64,000 nt of DNA from Cycas panzhihuaensis (lineage: Eukaryota; Plantae; Cycadophyta), in the NCBI GenBank assembly GCA_023213395.1, contig CM041465.1, forward strand, positions 37,827,741 through 37,891,740. Reading direction: 5' to 3'. The notes under the pieces were generated by a model. The model worked only from the letters and a program-made list of their open reading frames with translations, was not told where the DNA came from and ran no database searches. Positions within the stretch are counted from its first letter, which is position 1. Each line of letters starts with the position of its first letter. The position numbers and the translations under genes are program-made. Below are positions 1 to 12,102 of the stretch, piece after piece.

Positions 1-532
1 AGTTGAAATAGTCTAATAAATGATTCCACGATATACGATCTACAAAATGCATTCCAATAATATTCTTGTCTAACTATAGTGCTCCAATAAAATCATTCCT
101 GATCAACCACAATATTCCAGTAGAAAGTAGATAGAAGTTCAATTATTTGCAAGTGTTTCAGGTAAGAGATCAAGTGTTCCATTATGCTATAAGTAATTTT
201 TATGGTTAAACTTATTATTCCTAGCATTCTAGTAGTATCTTAATTAAGGCAAATTGTTGATTGATATTAAAGAATCATATGTACACCAATTAGCAAAAGA
301 ATATGGACAATTATCAAGCAAGCTTTAAGTTAGCCATTAGTAAGGCAAGTTGGAAGAAATGTGTTACTTCTACCATTATATTAGCATAAAGAAATGATAA
401 AGTCCATTATATGGCTCATAGCCTTAAACATATACAAAGTAAGGATCTTTGTAGAAATCATCTAGAGGTTGATAAGACTACCCAAAAATGTAGATATATC
501 ATAGTGCAATGAGAAAAGTGAAGTGGGCCAAG

Positions 533-1019
533 TAAAGAGAAAATGTAATTGTGAAAGTAATGTATTAATAGAACTCTAAATAATGCAAAGAATAAATAAT
601 ATAAATAAACCAAGTACACAACAAAGAACACAAGGAAATTCTAGTCTAAGCATAAACCTTTTATTAATCTAAGCAATAGCTAAAAAATTATAGAGATAAA
701 AATCCCAACTCTCTTCTCATTGACTCATCTAACCTTCTTATATGTGTCATTACATAAGAATATATAGACACAAATATACAAGATATTGCCTTGTGGTTTT
801 ACAATATAATAGGCATAAACCATAGGCCAAAAAAAAACCTTATAAGATACCCCAAAAAAATTCTTATGAGCTCTTATTCCCAAAGCCCCGCTTAAGGAGT
901 TGTCGACCCCCTAGACCCCCAATTGAGGGCCCTACCATTGGCCCCTAGACCCCACTAAGGAGCTTAGGTATAACACCTATACCCATGTAATACTTGTAAA
1001 GTGTTCAATATATCCAACA
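533..1019 (-). repeat. 3' LTR of Copia A
   Basis: Aligns to 10901-11353; terminal TG decayed to TA, ends ...tccaaca; adjacent PPT. Confidence 0.9.
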
Positions 1020-1079
1020 ATCTCCCACTTATTGAACACTTTATAAGAAACTTATATACATAACTATTAAATGCCAAAA

Positions 1080-3550
1080 TCACAAATACCAGTTGCCTTT
1101 CTATACCATCTAAATTTCTTTGTACTAATAATCTTGGTTAATGAGTCTACAGCATTCTCCTATATAGCAATATTCTATAAGTCTATCTTGTGGTACTAAA
1201 TCATTTCTCTTATAAAATAGAACTATAGATCAATATACTTAGACCGAGCACGAAATATGGGATTCTACACCATGTAAATTATACTTTAACTATCACAATC
1301 TATAGTCACAACATCCTACTTGAAGCCAACATCTGTGCATAATCTCTATAACTAAATTCCTTCCTTACACGCATAAGTAGTTATCATATACTCTACTTAT
1401 GTGCTAAAAAGTACCATAACTTGTTGCTTTTTATTCATCTAGCTAATTATACCACCACAAAAGGTAAAAACATACCCACTTATAAATCTTCTATCGTCAA
1501 GATCTCTAGCCTAATTAACATCAATAAATCCTTTTAAGTTCATTGTTCTACTTTCTATAGGATTTCATTGGTAGTAAATTCCATAGTCTAATGTACCCTA
1601 TGGATACCTAAAAATCCTTTTCATAACCATCTAATTCTCCCTTCTTGGGTTTGACACATACCTGTTAATTACTCTCAATGTATAGGCAACGTTTAGTTGA
1701 GTACAAATCATCATATATGTCAGACTACCAATTGTACTAATATAAGGGATGAATGTCATGTCTTCAACTTCTTGGTGAGTCTTCAAATATTATTTAGCTC
1801 ATCATTTTAAACCAACAAAAAGAGGAAAATTAATTAATTAATTGTCTTATAAACTAAACCATTGTAGTATTGTCTTAATGTACCACCTTTAGCTAAGCCA
1901 AATCTTCTTGTTTCTCTTATCCTTTTTAATCTCAATGCTAAAAATAAAATGTGTAGTACCAAGGTCCTTCATCTCAAAATAAGATGCCTATTTCCCATTC
2001 ACAAGTTGATTCATTTTATTATTGTTACCAATAATAAGTATATTATCAATATATAAAGCTAGAATAATAAAGTGATTACCAACTTGTTTATAATATATAC
2101 AATGATCTAGTTTACTATGTACCAAATCATCTGCCAACATATATGAATTGAACTTCTAATACCACATCCTCAATGACTATTTTAAGCCATATAATGACTT
2201 CTTCAAACTAAACACTATATTCTCTTTCCTTCAGGATATAAGATATAATTTTTTTTCTCGAAGTCACTATGAAGAAATGTAATCTTCACATCCATCTGAT
2301 CCATCTAAAGGTCATAAGCAGCTACTACAACTAACAAAAAATTAATTGAAACTACCTTTGTAATAAGAGAAAACACCTTACTAAAATCTATTTCCTTGGC
2401 CTAAGAATATCCCTTTATTACCAAGTGAGCCTTATACTTTTCCACAGTACCACCTACCCAGAACTTCTTCTTAAAGATTCATTTATTATTAATAAGTTTT
2501 CTTCCATCAAGTAAATCTACTAAATACTATATGTTATTTTTGCCCAAGGCCATCATTTCTTCTTCCATGGGCTTCATCTAAAATTAACTCTCTTTTGACT
2601 CCACAGCCTCTTAAATAGTACTTAGAGCATCATATGTAGTAGATAAAATAAAAGAGAAGCAATAAAAGTCTTTAAGAATATACCTATCAGGTTGTCTTCT
2701 CTCACGAGTTAATCTCTTCAAGATGTGGGGTTCTTAAGGTTAGGTTACCTCCATAGCTGATCCTTCATCTTCAACTAATTCATATTCTGATGTAGAATCT
2801 TCATCCCTTACCTCAAATTATACATTCTTAAATTCTTTACCCTTTGATTCTCTATCCTATTTTAGAGACTTAAACTCCTTTCTAAAGATAACATCATAGC
2901 TATATACAACTTTCTATATTTTAGGGTTATAAATCTTGTACCTTTTAACACCATCATTATAGCTAATTAAAATAGTCTTTTATACTTTGAAATTAAGCTC
3001 GATTCTCTGTAGGCTAGGAACATACACAAAATCTTTACAATTAAATACTTTAAAATGACCAAGAGATGGCTTCTTATCATACTACACTTTTTTAAATATT
3101 TTATATACTAAGGTAGTTGTTAGTGATATGTTTATTAGGTGGCTTGTAGTCATCACTGCCTCTGCCTAGAATTTCTTCTCTAAACTAGTAACACTGAGTA
3201 TATTCCTTGATCTCTCTAATAAGGTCTTATTCATCCTTTTAGCAACTCCATTATGTTGTAGTATATAGGGAGTTATCTTTTGTCTTGTTATTCCACACTA
3301 CTTATAGAAATACTCAAACTTCTTTAAGTAAAACTCACCTCCATTATTAGTCCTCAATACCGTAATCTATGTATCACTCTACTTCTCAACGAAGGCCTTG
3401 AATTCTTTGAATTTATTGAAGACCTTAAATTTCATCCTGAGAAAATACAAGCATGTCTTTTTTAAGAAATTATATATAAATGAGACAAAGTACTTAGACC
3501 CACCTAACAAAGGTACATCAACAGTTCCAAAAATATTATTATGTACTAAT
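1080..3550 (-). pseudogene. pol: Copia A pol, 3' part (integrase core, RT, RNase H), many stops
   Basis: Minus-strand remnants RTNNGGEF, TPYILQHNGVAKRMNKTL, MDVKITFLH, LYIDNILI, SKYIDL; ends approximate. Confidence 0.85.
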
Positions 3551-3556
3551 TGTTAA

Positions 3557-6500
3557 TGATAGCAAACCTAATTGAGATGGACAAAAAACTTGCCTTCTAT
3601 GGAGATATAGTCTCCTTTAAATATACATCATACTAGATGACCGTTACAAACTAAATTGTAATCGATCCACCTCTGACTGCCAAGTGTCAATATCTTAGAT
3701 ATAAGTTACATTTGAGGGTATTCCAATATTACCCCTTTTTATACCTAGATAAAACATTATACTCTAACACCCTCTCTTAATGTTTTATCTCTAGTAAACC
3801 TAATCTATTACTTAGATTTTGAAATATCCCTTTTCCAAGAGATTTTGTCAGCAGGTCTGTAACTTGTTCTGTAGATGGACAATATTCCAAATCGATTTCC
3901 CTATTATGGACTTTTTCCCTTATGAAGTGATGATGTGCTTCTCTGTGTTTGGTTCTTGCATGAAGGACTAGATTTTTGGTTAATTTGATGGCACTCTGAT
4001 TGTCACATTTTAGAATAGTTGCTTGATTCTATCATTGTTCTAAGTCGACTAAGAGTTGTCTTAACCAGATAGCTCTGCACATTGCTATCACAACTACTTT
4101 GTATTCTACCTCAGTGGATGATAATGCCACAATAGCCTATTTTTTACTATATCAAGAAATTACTCCAGATCTTAGGAAAAAATAATATCTACTAGTTGAT
4201 TTCCTTTTTTCTTTATCTCCTACCCAGTCGGAGTCACAGAAACCCGATAAATTAATTGATTCTCCTTTAGGATACACTAGTTTTAGGTTTGTCATCCCCT
4301 TTAGGTACCTTAGAATTCTCCTTGTGGCCTTCCTATATCTCATTTAGGATTATGCATATATCTGGATACTAATCCCATCAAATGTAATATGTCAGGCCTG
4401 GTGGCTATTAGATAAATCAGACTCCCAATCATTCATCTATATAAGGTGATGTATGTTGCCTGCTCTATATCATCCATTGTTAGGTCATAATTTATTTTCA
4501 TAGGTGTGGCATAGGGGTTACAATTTTCCATATGGAATTTGGTCAATATATCTCTGATGTATTTGCTCTGAGGCAGAGAAACATAACCTTGTTATTGATC
4601 TATTTCTAACCCTAGGTAGTAGCTCAAGAGGCCCAAGTCTGTCATTTCAAATTCTCGCTTGAGTTGTTATTTTATGTCTACAATGGATACTCCATCATTA
4701 CTTGTGAGAACCATGTCATCTACGTAAATAATTATTATTGTGACTTTGCCATTTCTTTCCCTTATGTATAAGATGGAGTCCAAATCACATCGTTGAAAGT
4801 AGTTCTGACACAAGTATTGATCTAATTTTACATACCAAGCTTGAGGGGCTTACTTTAACCCATATAGAGCTTTTTTTAATTTGCATACCAGACGCTCTTT
4901 TCCTTCTTTGATGTATTATTTGGGTTGCTTCATATAGACTTCCTCTTCTAATTTCCCATTCAAAAAAGCACTTTTTACATCTAATTGAAAGATTTTCTAG
5001 TCTTGCATAACAACTAGTGCAATCATTGTTCTTATAGTATTTATCTTAGCCATAGGAGAAAAAGTTTCTTCAAAGTCCACTCCAGCTATTTAAGTGTATC
5101 ATTTTGCAACAAGCTATGCTTTATGCTTCTCTATTTCATCAATGGTTTCCTCCTTAATTTTGTAGACCCATTTAGAACTGACTATAGATTTGTTGGCAGG
5201 TGACTCTACTAGTTCCCATGTTTGATTTTTCCTAATTGAGTCCATTTCACTGTCCATGGCTAACTCCCATTTATGTTGATCTTTAGCCTCTTGAAAGGTC
5301 TATGGTTTGACTTTAGTAATCAGGGCCCTTAGCCTTTGGCTCTGTGTTTTATGTTCAAGCACATTACATTTTCCCTCTTTGATTGTTTTGATGAACCATT
5401 TAGGTAACTTCTTCTATTTTTGTGTACCTTCTTCAATGTTTATTTCCTCCATTGATTGTTCTATGGCTGATTCTTCTCCTTTTATTGTTTCATTTTGAAT
5501 TTATGAAGAGGAAGGAGATGATTCTGTAGAGGGTATTTCCTCTAAGGTAATTTCATACACAACTTCTTGTTCTATCTCCTTCTCATTTTCTTTGATTATT
5601 CTAACTTGTGAAGTATCATTTGAGTTATCTCCTTCATTAAAAATAACATCTCTACTTACGTAGATTTTATTAGACTTAGGATCTATGCATTTATAGGCCT
5701 TTGAGTTTTTGTTGCAACCTATCATAATGCATTCTATGCTTTTTGCATCAATTTTAGATCTCCTTTTATCAGGTATGTGAACAAAAGCTTGGCTACCTAA
5801 TATTTTAAGTGAACTTACATCAGGCTTCCTACCTGTCTAGGCTTCTTCTATAGTGATGTTCTTTAGAGCCTTTGTTGGGCTCTGATTTATTAGATAGTAG
5901 GCAGTGCTTATTGTCTTGGCCTAATATGATTTTGGAACTTCCTTTTCGTAAACCATGCTTCTGGCCATTTCCATTAAAATTTTATTTTTCCTTTCTACAA
6001 CTCCATTAGATTGTGGTGTATATGGAGTTGTGACATATCTACAAATTTTGTGAAACTTGTAGTAGTTCAGAAACTCCTTCAAGATGTATTCACCTCCTCC
6101 ATCTGATCTGATGCACTTGATTTTTATTTCTGGTTCCAAATCTACTTCTGTTTTAAATTCTTTGAATGTTTCGAAAACTTATGACTTATTGTGAAGAAAG
6201 TAAACCCACACTTTTTGAGAAACATCATCAATGAAGGTTAGAAAATACCTACACCCATTGATTGAGAGTGGTGTGATAGGACCACACAGATCTGTATGGA
6301 TTAATTCTAGCTTTAATTGTGCTCTCCAACTACATTCATCAAAAGGATGTCAGTGTTATTTGCCAAATTGGCAACGTTTGCAAACAAAGTTATCAGAATA
6401 AATATGGGCAACCCATTTACTATGCCTGATTTCTCCATTGAGTTTAATGTTTCAATTGGAAGATGTCTATACTTCAAATGCCAAATTTTATTATTATATT

Positions 6501-8772
6501 TAACAGTAGTACAAGCTTTTTCTTCCACACTGGGAATCACAAGATCTGACAGAAGTTTGTACAGATCATTATATCGTATGCCCTTGGTAATAATTTCCCC
6601 ATTGTTTTTTATGTCTAAAATATGACAATATCCTTATTCATCAAAAATTATCCTTAGCCCCTTTTTGCTAAGTTATGAGATAGAAAGAATATTTATTTTT
6701 AGACTAGGGACTAATAGAATATTCCCAATTTTCTTTACATTTTCTTACAGATTGATGGCGATAGTACCCACCCCCTTTATGTCAAGTGGGTATTTATCTC
6801 CCAGTTCAATTGATTTGTCGAAGTCACAAGGATTTAAGGTTTCAAACCAATCTTCATAATTGGTCATGTATCGTGAAGCTCCCAAATCAACATATAATAT
6901 GTCTCCATCTTTTAGACTTGTTGCCAGTGCGACAATAAAGGTAGTCTCTTCTTCCTCTTCCTCTGTTTTTTCTTTGTTATATCCTCTAACAAGTTATTTT
7001 CCTTTTTGAATATCGATCCTTCTTTGTGGGCATTAGTATGGGTAATGCCTTGATTTCTCGCAGTGGTAACAAACATAAAAAATTCTATATGTGCTATAGA
7101 TGTGCCTAAGTTTTCCACAGTTAAAGTAGACCCTGGTGTCTTTGCTTTGTCTATGTCCTCTAGATTCTTGCCAGCATCCTTGACCTCTAATGTCTGGAGT
7201 CTATCCTCACCCATGAGCCTGGTTTCATCCACATGGTCCTATATTCAACTTAGATGCAAAGGCATCTTCTAGTTTTGAAGAATCCTCATAGCGCTTGTTT
7301 CTTTGTTCCTGTCTTAATAACAACCTAGTCAATTCATCAAGAGTCATTTTATCAATCTAGTTATTGTTTGTAATGGTGTTAATAGTTATGTCAAATGATC
7401 TTGGTAGCTTGCTTTCCACTAATTTCACCATCTCTTGTTTTGAAATAATACCTCCTACACTTAAGAGATTATTTCTAATTGAAATAACCTTATGTATGAA
7501 TTTTGTTACAGTCTCACTTTCCTTCATGTAGAGTTTGTATAGATCTTCCTTGAGTGTAATGATCTTGACTTTATTTTTTTGCCCATACAGATTCTCAAAA
7601 CATTTCCAGATGTCTGATGTTGAGTTTAATTTCTCTATATATACCAGGAGGGAGTCAGAAATTGACATCTTTTAAATGGTTATTCCTATGTTATCTCTTT
7701 CCTCCCAACTTGCCAGGGTTAGATCCGTTACATTTGGATGAACTTTAGAACCATTCACAATTTTCTAAGCGTTTTCGGCTCTTAAAAGTGTTTCCACTTT
7801 AATTTTCCATATATGGTAATTTGAATTAGTTAATTTTTCTTGATCGGGCAGAGTTAAGATCGAAGAAGCCATTAGATCTGAGAGGATCAAGACCTGACAG
7901 TGTTAGACTATACACCTGTATGGATTTTCGTACAAAAATGAGACCATATAGAATGAGATGAAGTGTACCTTAAAAGAAAGAGGATGAAGAGAGGATTTCA
8001 AATCTGGTGTTAGATTTGCAAAATAGTTTACAAATTGTGAGAAAATTGGCCCAAAAGACACAAGGATGTGACTAGGGTTTTGCACAAATTTACTCGAATC
8101 TTCAAAATTTCTCCATAAAATCTCTCATTACCTGTCACAAAGTCTTCAAGGCACTGATACAGAGTTATTATAATAGATTTTATTAAAAAATCTGAGAAAA
8201 ATCAAGAGAAAAATATGAGAGTACCTCCAAACGCGTGCTGACTAGTAAAGTGTCTAAAACTACCTTCAGACATGATCAAATGACTTTGACCCTGAAGAGA
8301 GAAGTGACAAAGGTGTCAAAATCTACCTGTTGGTGAATTTTCATCTTAATCTGAGACACTAAATTTTTCTTATTTGTATAGTCATACGGTTATGTACACA
8401 AGTTGTACGGTGCCTTAAAACACCTCTAGATCTGACCTTTTATCAACTTAACTCTTAGTCTGACCCTTTGCTAGTTTTTGTGCTTATCTCATTCTGGTGC
8501 TACCTTCACCAAATATAAATCTTTCTCTCAAACAAGCAGGGTGACCTGCTCTAATACCATGATAGCAAAGCTGATTGAGATGAACAAAAAACTTGCCTTC
8601 TATGGAGATCTAGTCTCCTTTATATATACATCATACTAGATGACCGTTACAAACTAAATTGTAACTAATCCATCTCTAACTGCTAAGTGTCAACATCTTA
8701 GATATGAGTTACATTTGAGGGTATTCTGACATTACCCCTTTTTGTACCTAGATAAAACATTACACTTTAACA
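3557..8772 (-). mobile_element. Ty1/Copia LTR retrotransposon B, full-length 5.2 kb with 213-bp LTRs
   Basis: LTRs 3557-3769 and 8560-8772 (TG...CA, about 19 differences, 16 of them transitions); PBS 8548-8559; PPT ccctctctt 3770-3778; TSD GTTAA/GTTGA. Confidence 0.95.
3777..7872 (-). pseudogene. gag-pol: Copia B gag-pol polyprotein, disrupted
   Basis: ATG at 7872 (MASSILTLPDQEKLTNSNYHIWK); ORF fragments 7357-7668 (gag), 5921-6139 (IRSDGGGEY...TPYTPQSNGVVERKN, integrase), 4152-4343 (GFCDSDWVGD, RNase H). Confidence 0.92.
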
Positions 8773-9339
8773 GTTGAGAAGGCCAAGTCCCAATAACTTG
8801 AAACTGCCACCAAGATCTAAACTATTTTGTAACTAGTTACAAGAATTGAAACTAAAATTTAACATGCAAGTTCTTAAACTAGAGATAATACAATAAAATA
8901 AGTTAGAAAGTCAAAGCATAATATATACACCTAATATAACATAGTAAACCCTAGTAGTGTGCTAGGGAAACATCCACACAAGAAAGGTATCATTCTTTAT
9001 TATTAAAGAATGGAGAAATGTATATAATCTGTAGTAGAATGCTTATAGCAACAAGAACCAGCCTCCCAACTCTTCATGGTATATCCAATACATTGAATAC
9101 TATCAACATAATGAAAAAACACCCTAAATCAGGCTATATGAGAGAGTCATACAAGGCACAAATCTCGACCATAGAATCTAGGGTATTTGAGCAAATAACC
9201 CTGATTCTCTTTACAATTTAGTATGCTTTTTAGTGATAGCTTTTTAGAACCCGTCGAGGAAGTTTTGGGGTGAACCGCGCTGCTAACCTATCAAAATTTT
9301 AGCCTCCAAAACATTGTTATCACTTTATCTAACACTAAT

Positions 9340-10814
9340 TATAAAATACACTTTACTCTCTTCAGGATTAAAGGAAAATTAACCTAATTCTGTTTGCTAT
9401 AAATATAATGCTCGTAAAAATAAAAATTAAATGAGCAATTAATTCTAGAGATGTCTTCTGACATACCTCTAAAGAATAAATCATAGAGGTCTTTCTCTCT
9501 AATATGGCCCAATCTCTAATACTACAACATAGTTTTACTAGTAAGTGATACTTAAGTCCTGCCTACACTATTGCTACTTCCTATAATAGTTAAATTACAA
9601 CTACTAGCACATACTATGTATGCATCAAGCTTATATAATGTTCCAAATTAAACCCCTCTTCTTAAAACCAACATTTCTTGAACCATTTTGTAACTATCTT
9701 TATTAAAAATTACTTTTATTACTACATCACCTAATTAACTAACATACAATAAACTCATAGCCAAACCAAAAATATGAGTCACATCAAGGATAGTTTTAAC
9801 CTTTCCATCCCTAAATTAAACCTTCATTCTTTTATAACCTATAATTTTATATGAGTAATGATCTCTTAGGAATACTTTACCTCCATCAAGACTTTTGTAT
9901 TCAGAAAACCACTCCCTATAGGGAGTAACATGAAGCAAGGCAACAAAGTCAATTAACCAAGATTCAACATTTGACAACTTACCTAAGGTTGCTAAATAAG
10001 CATTGCCATCATCTTTATTGAAGGATTTTGCTACCATAGAAGAAGTAGCTCTAAGTAACTTTTTCTTATCAACCTTAGTTCAATACTAGCTCTTCAAATT
10101 GTTAGCTTTCCCACATCTCTAACATACTATGAGGCCCTTATTTAGAGCCTTAAATTTTCCTCTAGATTTTAACTGACTATTCTTAGGCCTCTATTGGTTG
10201 TGATCTAATGTTCAACGTCTCATCACTAATGTTTCTTTCGAATTATCCTCAAAATATTTTTACATTGTCTCTTCTAATAGTAGGGTAGCAATAACATCAT
10301 CAAATTTTAGGGTGTTAATAATTGTGTTATTAATCATCATCATAAGATTATCCCAAAAATTAGGAAGCAGATATAATAAGGTAATACAATTGCTTTCTTT
10401 ATACATTGTTACCCCAACTAAAATAAGCTAGCTCGCCATAGTGATAAATATAATGAGATGATCTACAACTGCATCTCCATCAGTTATCCTAAGTGAATAC
10501 AACTTTTTCTGAAGAAATAGCTTATTAACTAAGGACTTGGTCTGATATAAAGCTTCTAACCTATTCTATAGATCTTTTGCCATAAACTTTATAGCAATGT
10601 TTAATAACATTGTACCTGAAATGTATAACCTCATTGAATTGATTACTTTTTAATCAAGTCTCTTCTAGTTTTCATCAATCATATTTATAGTCTTTACTCT
10701 TGCCACAATAATTCACTAATCCTTCTTGACAAGGATATCTTCTATCTTTAGCTTTCACAACTCAAAGTTCTAGCCATTGAACTTTTCAATCTCCATCTTC
10801 ACAGTACTTATTAT
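9340..10814 (-). pseudogene. gag-pol: Copia A gag, protease and GAG-pre-integrase, disrupted
   Basis: ORF 9816-10037 ESWLIDFVALLHVTPYREWFSEY (Copia protease WxxDSGA motif decayed); gag KKLYSLRITDG; joins 3550 after removing C and B. Confidence 0.85.
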
Positions 10815-10900
10815 GATCTTCACACTCAAGTTCACCAGACAAGGCTCCCACTTGCCAAATGACTTCCCATAGAACTAAAACCCTTAGCTCTAATACCAAA

Positions 10901-11353
10901 TGAAGAGAAAATGTAACTATAGAAGCAATGTATTAATAAAACTCTAAAGCATATAAAGAAGAAATAACATAAATAAACTAAGCATGTAATGAAAAACACC
11001 AGAAGATTATGGTCTATGTATAGACCATTTATTAATCTAAGCAATAGTTAAAGAATTACAAAGATAAAAACTTCAACTCTCTTTTCATTAACTCACCAAA
11101 GACTCATCCAGCCTTCTTACATATGTTGTTACATAAGAATATATAGATACAAATTTACAAGATACCATCTTGTGATTTTATAATACAATAGGTATAAACC
11201 ATGGACCGAAAATTACACCCAAAAACTTTTCTCAAGGGCTCATGCCCCTAAACCCCCATGTAAAAGGTCATTAGCCCCTTAGACCCCACTAAAAAGCTTA
11301 AATGTAATGTCTATATCTATGTAACACTTGTAAAGTGATCAATATATCCAACA
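10901..11353 (-). repeat. 5' LTR of Copia A
   Basis: TG...CA, adjacent PBS, aligns to 533-1019. Confidence 0.9.
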
Positions 11354-11358
11354 CTAAG

Positions 11359-12102
11359 AACTCATAACTCTAGCATTATGTAAGCTAGAAGAAAGATTAT
11401 ATTTCAAAGGAATTAGAATTAAAGACCTAAAGGATAAATAATTACATTATCTCGTAGGTATGCTTATGGTGTTTCAAGGTGTACAATAGGGTATATAGCT
11501 TAATTAAAGTGAGTATTTTACCTGAATAATATAATTATAACTCCTAGAGCTTTAATGGCTAAAGCCTATCTTTAAACAACCATCCATACTTTTGGGTATA
11601 CTCTTCCTCTACCACACTATAGTAGAGTTGATAAAGAGAAAACTACTAAGAATTTAATAATGTTACATTAATGGATAAAAGAATTCCCACTTGATACTTG
11701 AGAAGATATAGTAAGGATGTAGGTGTTAAAAACCATAAGAAGGATAGTAGGATGGCTATGTAGAGATACCATGGAATCTATTCACCTTAGACCTACTCAA
11801 AATATTAAGAAAAGAGTAGATGCCAAGGTGATCAGATGATGATTAGTCGTCATAGTGAAATACAAAGGAGTTTCCTAGACAAGCATTATCCCCATTAGTC
11901 AATAAAAACCTTGGGTAGGATACATCCCAAGTGTAGGAAGCCATGGAAAATGAATCCTAGCAAGTGCATAATATATTAAATAAAATTTAAATGAATTACT
12001 CATTTAAAATAAAAAATTTAGATGGAAATATAAAGTCAGTGGTAGATGAAGTGGTTAGCAGAGAAATAGAAAACAAAAATTTGTTAAAAATAAATAAAAA
12101 TT
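11359..12102 (+). pseudogene. Degenerate plant-mobile-domain-like frame followed by coiled coil (pieces 1-532, 11359-12102, 30594-~31050)
   Basis: Translation LMAKAYL*TTIHTFGYTLPLPHYSRVDKE loosely resembles the PMD motif YxPxRVxRQFG; DEVVSREIENKNLLKINK continues across G into ELA*QVNDIGEIIQQL*NKLAAKEAQII. Confidence 0.35.

Larger units (their letters stand above)
3551..9334 (-). mobile_element. Solo LTR C (same family as the LTRs of element D), split by element B just inside its end (pieces 3551-3556 and 8773-9334)
   Basis: 8773-9334 aligns to 24153-24800 and 28842-29489; perfect TSD CTAAT at 3546-3550 and 9335-9339; no PBS or PPT; sits in the integrase of A. Confidence 0.9.
533..11353 (-). 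mobile_element. Ty1/Copia LTR retrotransposon A (Tnt1/Tork-like), full-length but decayed, interrupted by solo LTR C and element B
   Basis: LTR pair 533-1019 / 10901-11353; PBS gctctaatacca (rc TGGTATTAGAGC, tRNA-iMet) at 10887-10898; PPT atctcccactt at 1020-1030; TSD CCAAG (528-532) / CTAAG (11354-11358); gag start KMEIEKFNG*NFEL*KLK; domain order gag-PR-INT-RT-RH. Confidence 0.93.
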
